Shown: positions 37,304 to 45,946 of the stretch, one piece after another
Numbering within the stretch: position 1 is the stretch's first letter
How the letters are laid out: every line of letters starts with the position of its first letter
NCBI GenBank assembly: GCA_964493885.1
Contig: CAZBPV010000001.1
Span: 100,703-164,702 of the forward strand
Source of the DNA: Candidatus Woesearchaeota archaeon
GTDB lineage: Archaea > Nanobdellota > Nanobdellia > Pacearchaeales > GW2011-AR1
Reading direction: 5' to 3'
Length of the DNA: 64,000 nucleotides
Program-made: the position numbers and the translations under genes
Notes under the pieces: generated by a model
Told to the model about the DNA's origin: nothing
Seen by the model: the letters and a program-made list of their open reading frames with translations, nothing else
Databases searched by the model: none

Positions 37304-40300
37304 CTAGTTTTTAGCGGTTTTTATAATCTTATCTAAATTAGTCTTTAGGTATCTTAAATCGATGGTTTTTCCAAATCTAGAATAATTTTTTACCTTATTT
37401 CTATTGGTTACAACAAAAAACCATTCATCATAGCCTTGATTTAATAATTCTATTTTAGTTTTCAAGTGATTTACATTAGAAAGTACTGCTCCGGTTTCTA
37501 CTTCTATGGCTTGTCTTTTATTATTCAAGATAAATATTACATCTGCAGTTTTAGTTAAAGAAATTTGTGCATTAATCTTATTTTTATTTAGATAGTTCGC
37601 AATATCATGCATCACGAAGAAATGTTTTTCAGATTCCTTAAATCTAGGTTTTAGCAAATAGTATTCTTCTTTTTCAGAATTAATGCTTTTCTGTTTAGAG
37701 ATTACATAGTTCTTAGCTAGAAGATATTTCACCTCATTTTCATTCAAATCCTTTTTTCTAAAGAATCTTTGACTTTCATCAACCTTAATATCTATTCTTT
37801 TAGCAAGTTCTTTCTTCTTTTTTTGGGCTTTCTTTTTTTGCTTTAATTCGGGTTTTTTTACTTCGATTTTAGATTCTGTCTCAAGTATCTTAATCTCCTT
37901 TACTTCTTCAACCGGATTTTTATCTTCTTTCACTATTTTTTCTGTATCTATTACCCTTTCAATCGGCTTTTTTCCATTAGCCAAAATCTCATCAGCATTA
38001 GTTGTGATTAAATCATGTTCTTTTTTAGAGGCAATTATCTTTAAGTTAGAATGCTCATCTTCAATAATCAAAATTCCCTCCCCCAACAATGCAGTCAAAA
38101 GAGCTATCCTTTCTGAGCTACTCAAATGGAATACTTTTTGAATGTCATCTATAACCGCAGGTTTTTGCTTTAATAAGATAGTATAGGAGCTATTTGCTAA
38201 AACAGATCTCCCTGCTTTAGAATTTAGCATATCTTCTACTTCTTGATTAATTAAGAATAAACCTAGATTAAACTTCCTGCAGGTTTTAACTATTTCAAAG
38301 ATATAAGACGCTTCATGGGTTTTGCTTAATAAGGACCAAGCCTCATCTATTACTAACAATTTCCTCTCTAAATCTCCCTTCATCTTAGTATAAACATAAT
38401 CTAAAACAAGGAACATCATAATCGGTTTTACTTGTTTTGGGAGATTTCCGATATCCACACATACAAATTTATTATTAAAATCTATTTTTGTATGCTTATT
38501 TAGGAAAGAGAATACTCCCGTAACATAGAGATTTAATCTATTCATTAAACTCCTTATTGTAGTCTTTTCTAGGCTAGTTGCTTTTTTTTCGATATTTTCT
38601 AGGATCTTCAGGAGATCGCTTAAAATCGGGGGCTCGTTGCCCCAAGAATCCCTATCATTCATATATATCCCTTTTCTTTCATAAGTTTCTGTTAAAGCCT
38701 TATCCAAGATAGCTTTTTGAGGCTCAGATATATCTCCTAACATAACAGGCATTAAATCCATTAAAGTAAGCCTTTTCTCGGGATAATCATGTCCCATTAA
38801 ATCTAAAGGATTAATTATAGTATTTGAGGTTCTGCTTAAATCTATTAATTGCCCATTAAATTTCTTTACTAGGTTTTTGTATTCTCCCTGAGGATCTATC
38901 ACAATAACTTTATTCCCATTAAGGAGATACCTCGAAATGAATAATTTAGCCATATAGCTCTTTCCTGCTCCAGAACTAGCTAAACAAATGCCATTTGCAT
39001 TAGAAAGTTTGAATATATCCCGAATTATTGGAATCTTATTTTTATTTAATCCAAACCATATTCCAGTATCATCAATCTTAAGGAAAGAAGATGTAAAAGG
39101 AAAAAACGCAGACAATCCTGTCGTAGTGATATTTCTCCTCATATTTATAGAATCTTGATTAAGAGGCAGGCAAGATTTAAACCCTTGAATCATTCTAAAA
39201 TCTGCTTGCTTAGGAATTATTAATAGAGAATTAAGCTCCGACTCTACTTTTTTAGTAAGCAAATCTAACTCTTTTTCTGTATCTGCCTTGCAATTAATAT
39301 ATAAACTAACATTAAACAACTTCTCATTTCCTTTTTGGAGATTCTCTAATGTCTTTAAAGTATCTTTATATTGAATTTGAAGGCTTGGGTTTAACTGGTT
39401 TTTAATCTTAGCTGAATACAAATCTGCCCTTTGTTTTTGTAGTTCTTTATTTAATATAATCATAGTTTGCTCTAGAAGTAATGGTTCGATATGCAATGAA
39501 AGATTAAAGTCTCCTAAGGAACTCACAATTTTATCCAAAAAACCAGATTCAACGATTCTAGGATAACCATGAGCATAGATTGTCCTACTGAACTTATCAT
39601 TTATTTTAACATGAGAGGGTTTATTCTCAATCTTTTCTGGCAGATAAGTATCTTTATTGCTAATATTAAACAATTGCGTTAAAAGAGCAGTTAATTGTTT
39701 ATTATGCAATCTCTGTGTTCTTAGGTTTAAACCATTCAGTCTTTCCTCGCAAATCTTTATTTGTATATCAATATCTGTTTTTTCAGGAATTACAACATAA
39801 AAATTCCTATTTGAAACGCTATTTTCACTTATTATCTCTTGCATATGCGTTTTATATTCTTCAAATATCTCTTTAGAGTGTTCATTATTTATCCTAGATT
39901 CCAAACTCTTGAAATAATCTTTTATGCTTAGATTCTCCGTAGTCATTAAAATTTGAATAGGAAAATCCAAGGAATTAAGAAATTTCTGAAATGCTAATGT
40001 TATAGTTTCCTGTTCTTTTTCTGGTTTAATTTGAAAGTTAATAGAATCTATTTTTAACACCGCTAATTTTTCTTTTTGAGTAAAGATTAGATTATCATCT
40101 ATCTTCTTAATTGCAAAAAATTGCTCTATCTTTTCTTTAAGGTTCATTTCTCTTAATCTATACCATGTAATCCACTTTTTGAGTTTAGATCCTAAATCAA
40201 AGAATATGAATCCAATTCCTAAAAGACAAGGGAATAAGGCAAAGATAAATCTTACATAAATATTTACCCCCCATTTAAAGAAGATTAAAAAGGAGATTGG

Positions 40301-40390
40301 AAAGAATACAAAAGCATAAGCTAGTTGGCTAAATGTTAAGCCAAACACTATTTTCTCTTTATATTCTAGTTGTTGAGGTATTTCGTACAT
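37304..40390 (-). CDS. Fusion protein: PrgI/VirB3-like N-terminus, VirB4/TrbE-type ATPase, and a C-terminal PD-(D/E)XK-like domain
   Basis: MYEIPQQLEYKEKIVFGLTFSQL plus 2 TM helices. Walker A is GICLASSGAGKSY and Walker B is LLVIDEAW. The C-terminus reads SEKHFFVMHD...ADVIFILNNKRQAIEVETG. Confidence 0.7.
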   Translation of the reverse strand: MYEIPQQLEYKEKIVFGLTFSQLAYAFVFFPISFLIFFKWGVNIYVRFIFALFPCLLGIGFIFFDLGSKLKKWITWYRLREMNLKEKIEQFFAIKKIDDNLIFTQKEKLAVLKIDSINFQIKPEKEQETITLAFQKFLNSLDFPIQILMTTENLSIKDYFKSLESRINNEHSKEIFEEYKTHMQEIISENSVSNRNFYVVIPEKTDIDIQIKICEERLNGLNLRTQRLHNKQLTALLTQLFNISNKDTYLPEKIENKPSHVKINDKFSRTIYAHGYPRIVESGFLDKIVSSLGDFNLSLHIEPLLLEQTMIILNKELQKQRADLYSAKIKNQLNPSLQIQYKDTLKTLENLQKGNEKLFNVSLYINCKADTEKELDLLTKKVESELNSLLIIPKQADFRMIQGFKSCLPLNQDSINMRRNITTTGLSAFFPFTSSFLKIDDTGIWFGLNKNKIPIIRDIFKLSNANGICLASSGAGKSYMAKLFISRYLLNGNKVIVIDPQGEYKNLVKKFNGQLIDLSRTSNTIINPLDLMGHDYPEKRLTLMDLMPVMLGDISEPQKAILDKALTETYERKGIYMNDRDSWGNEPPILSDLLKILENIEKKATSLEKTTIRSLMNRLNLYVTGVFSFLNKHTKIDFNNKFVCVDIGNLPKQVKPIMMFLVLDYVYTKMKGDLERKLLVIDEAWSLLSKTHEASYIFEIVKTCRKFNLGLFLINQEVEDMLNSKAGRSVLANSSYTILLKQKPAVIDDIQKVFHLSSSERIALLTALLGEGILIIEDEHSNLKIIASKKEHDLITTNADEILANGKKPIERVIDTEKIVKEDKNPVEEVKEIKILETESKIEVKKPELKQKKKAQKKKKELAKRIDIKVDESQRFFRKKDLNENEVKYLLAKNYVISKQKSINSEKEEYYLLKPRFKESEKHFFVMHDIANYLNKNKINAQISLTKTADVIFILNNKRQAIEVETGAVLSNVNHLKTKIELLNQGYDEWFFVVTNRNKVKNYSRFGKTIDLRYLKTNLDKIIKTAKN

Positions 40391-40391
40391 C

Positions 40392-41204
40392 TTATTTCAT
40401 TAAATTAACCATTTGTTTTAATTTATTGACTTTAAGTGCAGCTTTTACAATTACAAAAAGCAGTAGAAGTGCTGTTGAGATAATTATCATATCTAAAGTT
40501 CCGACCATTATCATTGTCTTAAAATCCCTAAAAGCAGACAACTCAGATATTTTAGAGCCTATGAGAAACATAATTGAATAAAAGAAAGGTAGAAAAATCA
40601 AGGTGCATAATCCATTGATGATTAATCTTCCATATTGGTTTAAGGGAGAGAAAAAATAAAAGAAAATTCCTATTGCAAAAAATATAACCCCCGAACTAAC
40701 AGAGATATATCTTAATAAGAGAAGAACTAAAACAACGATTAAGTGAATTAAATAAAGAATCCCAAAGACTAAATCAAATCCAAAATTGTAATAATGACTT
40801 AGTGTTAATTGAAAGAAATTGTTTCCGACTAAATTTAATATTGTCTTTGTTAGTGCAGAGGAGATTGCAATAATTAAGTCATAAAGGTGGTAGCTTCCTT
40901 GAACAAGAATCATCATGATGATTATACTCTTTAAATCTCCTTTTGCCTCTGTTCTTTTTTCAGGAGATTCTGCAGAAACTATAAATTTCAATCCGATCCA
41001 TACTAAAAGCAATCCATAAAACATTGAGAGAATATAAACAATAATTCCCCAAATGCTTGCAAATACTGAAATATTGACTGGTTCTGATAAAAACTTATGA
41101 ACAAGATTAAGAAAAGGAGTGCATGCTAAATTGATTGCATCAAGAATAAACTCAAAGAGAGTCTCAACTATGCATGCCCCTAAATTTGTCAAACTGCATT
41201 CCAT
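40392..41204 (-). CDS. Polytopic membrane protein in the VirB6/TrbL (CedA/TedA-like) position
   Basis: At least 6 hydrophobic helices. There is a 1-nt gap to the ATPase gene. The assignment rests on context only. Confidence 0.4.
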   Translation of the reverse strand: MECSLTNLGACIVETLFEFILDAINLACTPFLNLVHKFLSEPVNISVFASIWGIIVYILSMFYGLLLVWIGLKFIVSAESPEKRTEAKGDLKSIIIMMILVQGSYHLYDLIIAISSALTKTILNLVGNNFFQLTLSHYYNFGFDLVFGILYLIHLIVVLVLLLLRYISVSSGVIFFAIGIFFYFFSPLNQYGRLIINGLCTLIFLPFFYSIMFLIGSKISELSAFRDFKTMIMVGTLDMIIISTALLLLFVIVKAALKVNKLKQMVNLMK

Positions 41205-41205
41205 T

Positions 41206-41529
41206 TTAACCCAGTATTAGATTAACTACAAAAGGAGCTGCCCAAATAACCATCAATCCAATAATCACATACATAATCATATTCTTTGCGTTCTCTCTTT
41301 TCATTGGATCTGCCCCACTTGTGATGTAGGTTATTCCTGCAAAAAGCATCACTATTCCTGCGATGATAGTAGCAGAATACTTAACTAAGTTATAGACAGT
41401 AGTCAATGGTTGCAAAATCTCTGAAAAATTGTCTGAAGCACTAACCAAGACAAGCTGAACTATCAGCAAAGCCAAAAATCCCAAAATAACTACTATTCTC
41501 TTATCTCCTCTGCATTCTTTATATGACAT
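41206..41529 (-). CDS. VirB2/TrbC-pilin-like small protein
   Basis: Signal-like N-terminus VVILGFLALLIVQLVLVSA followed by two hydrophobic helices separated by SGADPMKRENAKN. A GGAGG sits 6 nt upstream of the ATG. Confidence 0.45.
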   Translation of the reverse strand: MSYKECRGDKRIVVILGFLALLIVQLVLVSASDNFSEILQPLTTVYNLVKYSATIIAGIVMLFAGITYITSGADPMKRENAKNMIMYVIIGLMVIWAAPFVVNLILG

Positions 41530-41648
41530 TTTAACCTCCTTTCAAGTTCTTTAAAATCTGGGTATTTTCTTCTCAAAACTTCCAAACAACTATAACAAAA
41601 ATATTTTTCATATATTCTCAATATAGCATTACATAAAAGGCATTTCAT
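41493..41648 (-). CDS. Small zinc-finger ORF (51 aa), not in the track; candidate first gene of the transfer operon
   Basis: Hand translation gives MKCLLCNAILRIYEKYFCYSCLEVLRRKYPDFKELERRLKCHIKNAEEIRE, with CxxC...CxxC. A TATA-like TTTAATTTATAAT lies about 29-32 nt upstream. Confidence 0.3.
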   Translation of the reverse strand: MKCLLCNAILRIYEKYFCYSCLEVLRRKYPDFKELERRLKCHIKNAEEIRE

Positions 41649-41768
41649 AAAATCCGGAGACTGCAGGATTATAAATTAAATCGGAGAAGGATTGGGAGCT
41701 AAAAAGTAGTGTGAGAAATAGCTATTTTTTCTCCTATTTGTTATAAAGTTTTCAAGATTATTTTTCTC

Positions 41769-41891
41769 ATGATAGAAAAAGATATTGGGGAGGAAATTAT
41801 TCTGAAACTGAAACAATTGATTAGAGAATTGGAAAAATTAAGGGATATTCATGAAAAAAAACTCGCATATTCACATAGTGATAGAAACTGA
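41769..41891 (+). CDS. Possible 40-aa helical ORF
   Basis: MIEKDIGEEIILKLKQLIRELEKLRDIHEKKLAYSHSDRN. A TATA-like TTATAAAG lies about 28 nt upstream. It overlaps the next ORF out of frame. Confidence 0.2.
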   Translation: MIEKDIGEEIILKLKQLIRELEKLRDIHEKKLAYSHSDRN

Positions 41892-42054
41892 ATATATAGA
41901 TAAGTTAAGGAAAGAGGCAGAAGAAAAAGGGGTGACTCTTTCCGAGTTATGCAGACAGAAATTAAGATGTTTTACCCAATTGGATAAGATAGAAACAATG
42001 CTTGAAAAATTTTGCAAAGATGGAAAAGAATATTCCCTTAAACCAAATAATTAA
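41851..42054 (+). CDS. Ribbon-helix-helix (CopG/Arc-like) protein, a possible controller for the downstream methyltransferase
   Basis: SHIHIVIETEYIDKLRKEAEEKGVTLSELCRQKL fits a strand-helix-helix pattern. Confidence 0.5.
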   Translation: MKKNSHIHIVIETEYIDKLRKEAEEKGVTLSELCRQKLRCFTQLDKIETMLEKFCKDGKEYSLKPNN

Positions 42055-42673
42055 AGGAGATTGTATAGAATTTTTGAAAACTCTCCCCAATAATTGTATT
42101 AACCTGATTATTACGGATCCTCCTTATGGTGACAATGTGGCTTATGGTTGGAACAATAAAACAATAAAAAATAATGAGAATCCTTTAATTTGCTGTCAGG
42201 CTTTAGCAGAATGCTATCGGGTTCTGAAACAAAACTCCTCTCTTTATACTTTTACTAACTGGAAACACTACCCTTTCCTAGTGGAATTCATAACAAGATA
42301 CACTAAATTCAGAATAAGGCATTTAATTGTCTGGAAAAAACATAACTTTGGACTAGGATGGGCATTTAGGCATCAATATGAGCTAATTCTCGTTTTAGAA
42401 AAAGGTAAGCCCAAGTATAATTTAACTAATTTCTCCGATGTTCAAACTTGCAGTCATATTAATCATAACAAGGAAAATCACCCTCATGAAAAGCCGATTG
42501 ATTTAATCCATAAGATGATAGAACATAGCTCAAAGAAGGGAGATTTAATTCTAGATCCTTTTTGTGGAAGTGGGGCTGTTTGTTTAGCTTGCCAGCAGGC
42601 AAATAGGGATTTTATTGGAGTTGAGTTAGATAAGAGATATGTTGAGATGGCTCGAGAGAGGGTTAAGTTTTAA
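42020..42673 (+). CDS. Beta-class N6/N4 DNA methyltransferase (DPPY before FxGxG)
   Basis: LIITDPPYG (motif IV) is N-terminal and ILDPFCGSGAV (motif I) is C-terminal. The start is set at the ATG at 42020. Confidence 0.85.
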   Translation: MEKNIPLNQIIKGDCIEFLKTLPNNCINLIITDPPYGDNVAYGWNNKTIKNNENPLICCQALAECYRVLKQNSSLYTFTNWKHYPFLVEFITRYTKFRIRHLIVWKKHNFGLGWAFRHQYELILVLEKGKPKYNLTNFSDVQTCSHINHNKENHPHEKPIDLIHKMIEHSSKKGDLILDPFCGSGAVCLACQQANRDFIGVELDKRYVEMARERVKF

Positions 42674-44669
42674 GAGGATTACTTCCTTTTTCTTTAGCTA
42701 ATCGAATAACCACAGAACGTTCAGTCAATTTTTTCGCAGTATTTAAGTCTTCAACTAATTTCTCCTTTTCTAGTCTTAATTTAGAATCTAAGAATTCATA
42801 AGCCATATCAAATTCATCAAAAATATCACACCACCTTTTAACATATATCTTAAAACTACCTACAGAATAAGCTAAGTTAGGTTCACCATGATTCTTGTTA
42901 CTTTCTATTTGTCCTCCAATAAATCCTTCATCATCAAAATTATTCCCTATTAAAATAAAATCCCATTTAGCATGATTAGATTTAAACTCGGGTTGTTGGA
43001 GTATCATCATCCTATATTTATCTACTTGAAGGTATTCTTTTGAACCTAATTTGACTTTGGGACTTTTTAATTCGACTAAGACATTTTTAATAACATCTCT
43101 TTCTTTTCTTCGCTTACATAGAAAAAGATCTAATCTTTTTTTTCGATATTCTTCTATTTTTATCTCTGGTTTTTTGGACTCCCCATCTAATATCCAAAGA
43201 TAATTTTCTAAGGATTTTTGAAATCCTTCATCTTCAGAAACAAGATTATATTGCTCACCAAAAATCCAATAATTATTAGCTATAATTTTTTGAAGATGAT
43301 CTCTTTCATTGGCATTCAATTCTTTTTCAAAAACCAATTTCTTTAAACATTCAATAACCCTAAATCTTTCAGTTAGAAGATTTATTGTTTTTATAATCCT
43401 CCCCATCTTAGTATATTGCAAAACTCCTTGTAACTCAGTTCTTTCTTGTGGGGTTAATTTAACAATTTGATCGATTATATCTAATACTCTCTCTCTTTCA
43501 TCAGAATCTAAGACTAAATCTAAAAAACCCATAAAAATTTTTCTCTGATCAGGTTTTAAATCCTTAAATACAATTGGATGAATCTCATAAATCTCCTTTA
43601 TCACTTCTTTTAAATCCTCATTTTTTATTTTCTCAAAACTATCTTCAACATCTTTTTTTATTATTCCTTCATCCTCTAATTGAATTATTAATTTGTCAGA
43701 ATTTTCTTTTAATAAAGGCTTTCTTTTTTGTAAAAGATAATTATAAATCTCGCTATGTATTTCCTTAAAAATCTTATCATTCCTTGTTAGTCCCATCAAC
43801 GCTTTCTGAGAATCTTCTTTGGAATGAAAATTAAAATCTTTAAAATATTTATTGGCTATATAGATGCTTGGATAGAAAAAATCCCCTTGTCTATTAAATG
43901 AGCTGTATTCTTTATAGATTTCATTTAATTCAGAATCTAAATAATATATTTTAGATCCTTCTTCATTTATTGAATCCTTCCATCGTATATATTTAACCTT
44001 AAATGATTCTTTTTCTCCAGTGGGATTGATTTTAAACTCATCTTTTTCGGCAATTATACTGGAATAATCTAGTTCTTTATTATTTAAAGTTATTTTATAA
44101 TTTTTATTTTTATTCAATTCTAAGAACCATCCAAATTCTTTTTTTAGATATTCCTGCAATTCCTTAATTAAATTATCTTTGTTTACCTCTTTTAAAAAAC
44201 CTTCAAAAATTACATTTGTACCTAAAGGATTCTTACTTTCTTTGGGAGAATCATTTTCATAATTTTGTATATCATTCGATCCTATCTTTATTACATATTT
44301 CATATTCTTATCCTTATCTAAGTAAATTGTTTCCCATCTAACTCTACAAGCAAATTTAAAGAAAGTAAGTCTACCATACCCATTTCTACCATGTAATCTT
44401 GAATGATGAAAATCATCTTCATCTTCTTTGTGAGAATCATAAAAAGGCTTGAATTTTTTTGTAAGCTGAGTATAATCTATGCCAGATCCGTTATCCTTAA
44501 TTTCTAATTTCTGGAGGATTCCACCATTAAAGCCACAGACAATTTCTACATTATCTGCTCCAGCATCAAAACCATTCCAGATATATTCAGAAACAGCCCT
44601 ACAAAAATTATATTTATTTAAAACCTTTCTAATTCCTTTAGAACTAATCTCAACTTTTTCTTTCATCAT
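42663..44669 (-). CDS. GHKL/MORC-like ATPase fused to a Shedu (DUF4263)-like PD-(D/E)XK nuclease domain
   Basis: The N-terminus has AVSEYIWNGFDAGADNVEI (N box) and IKDNGSGID (G1 box). The C-terminus has NNYWIFGEQY...KKRLDLFLCKRR...NVLVELKSPKVKL...LQVDKY. Confidence 0.55.
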   Translation of the reverse strand: MMKEKVEISSKGIRKVLNKYNFCRAVSEYIWNGFDAGADNVEIVCGFNGGILQKLEIKDNGSGIDYTQLTKKFKPFYDSHKEDEDDFHHSRLHGRNGYGRLTFFKFACRVRWETIYLDKDKNMKYVIKIGSNDIQNYENDSPKESKNPLGTNVIFEGFLKEVNKDNLIKELQEYLKKEFGWFLELNKNKNYKITLNNKELDYSSIIAEKDEFKINPTGEKESFKVKYIRWKDSINEEGSKIYYLDSELNEIYKEYSSFNRQGDFFYPSIYIANKYFKDFNFHSKEDSQKALMGLTRNDKIFKEIHSEIYNYLLQKRKPLLKENSDKLIIQLEDEGIIKKDVEDSFEKIKNEDLKEVIKEIYEIHPIVFKDLKPDQRKIFMGFLDLVLDSDERERVLDIIDQIVKLTPQERTELQGVLQYTKMGRIIKTINLLTERFRVIECLKKLVFEKELNANERDHLQKIIANNYWIFGEQYNLVSEDEGFQKSLENYLWILDGESKKPEIKIEEYRKKRLDLFLCKRRKERDVIKNVLVELKSPKVKLGSKEYLQVDKYRMMILQQPEFKSNHAKWDFILIGNNFDDEGFIGGQIESNKNHGEPNLAYSVGSFKIYVKRWCDIFDEFDMAYEFLDSKLRLEKEKLVEDLNTAKKLTERSVVIRLAKEKGSNPLKT

Positions 44670-44717
44670 CTGAGAACTTAATCAAATTATATAAATTTAC
44701 CTAAATCAAGAATATTT

Positions 44718-45863
44718 TTAATTCTCCACCACAATCAACCCTTTATCCACCAACTGCAATATCCTCTGCATTTGACTCTCCATATTCCCCATTTTATCCT
44801 TTAAAATTTCATTCTCTCTTTTGAGTCTTACTTGCTCTTGTTCTAATTCAGTCTTTGTTGTATCTATCAGAATATCTTCTTCACTAATTGTGTCTCTCAT
44901 TCCTAACATCTCACTATAATAATAAATCTTATCCGACTTCTTCCAACCAAATCTGAATTTTAAAGCAGATTCTGATTTATACCTAGGAAGCCAATAACAA
45001 CAAGAGCAATGTCTGAAATCATACATCGTTAATTCAGAATACTTTTTTCCTGCGGGGCTTTTGCAGTCTCCAAATAATCTCCCTGCGATTCTCTTGAGAT
45101 ATTGATTTACTGCAGGAGGGCTGATTTTAAACAAATAATCTTCAGGAGAGAGTCTATTGGACTGAACGAACTCCTTAACTAGCTCGGAACAGAGCATAAG
45201 TTTAATCCTTCTCCCAAAAGTCTTACTTATTTCCTCTCTGATGCAAACCTCTTTATAGTCTTTATAGAAATCTGAAACCTTAATATTCATTAATTCTGTT
45301 GGAGATCTTATGCCCGAATCAAATAAAAACATAATCAAAACTCTGTAATTAGGTTTAACATTCTCAGCAAGTTTCTTTATCTGATTCTCATCTAAATATA
45401 CCCATTCAGGTTTTTCTTGACTCATATCCAGATCAATAGTTATATCCTCTACTTCCTCCCCTCTTTTCCGGCTAGATTTTTGATGCCAATGCCAAAAAGC
45501 TTTGAAAACTTTAATGTAATCTGATACGGATTTGTAGATACCGCCATCTAATCTTGTAATTATCCCATTTCTCATGTCTGAAAAATAATTATGCAGTTGC
45601 TGTTCATTTATCTTCCTTAAATCGCTTATCCCAAACCTCTTTTCAAATTGCTTAGACATGAATATCATTCTCTGCTTTAAATTATTGAGTCGAATAAAAC
45701 TTCTAGAGCCTTTTGAAGATCCTATATTTAGCCCCTTTTCCATATCTGCTAGATAAGATAATATAAACTCAGAGTTGCTTTTAGAAATGTCCGGAATGAT
45801 TAATGAGTTGTTTTCTTTCCATTTAAGGTATCTTTCTTTGTGTTTATAGGGATCTATTTTCAT
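44718..45863 (-). CDS. Tyrosine recombinase/integrase
   Basis: FDSGIRSPTEL (catalytic Arg region), MYDFRHCSCCYW (HxxR-type box) and a C-terminal Tyr-rich KIYYYSE. The gene is adjacent to the tRNA 3' end. Confidence 0.8.
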   Translation of the reverse strand: MKIDPYKHKERYLKWKENNSLIIPDISKSNSEFILSYLADMEKGLNIGSSKGSRSFIRLNNLKQRMIFMSKQFEKRFGISDLRKINEQQLHNYFSDMRNGIITRLDGGIYKSVSDYIKVFKAFWHWHQKSSRKRGEEVEDITIDLDMSQEKPEWVYLDENQIKKLAENVKPNYRVLIMFLFDSGIRSPTELMNIKVSDFYKDYKEVCIREEISKTFGRRIKLMLCSELVKEFVQSNRLSPEDYLFKISPPAVNQYLKRIAGRLFGDCKSPAGKKYSELTMYDFRHCSCCYWLPRYKSESALKFRFGWKKSDKIYYYSEMLGMRDTISEEDILIDTTKTELEQEQVRLKRENEILKDKMGNMESQMQRILQLVDKGLIVVEN

Positions 45864-45946
45864 ATTCTTTTTTAAGCCTATGTTTTTTATAACATATATG
45901 GCTCGAAGTTGTCATAAAATCCCATCAAAATAACAAAATACTAAAA

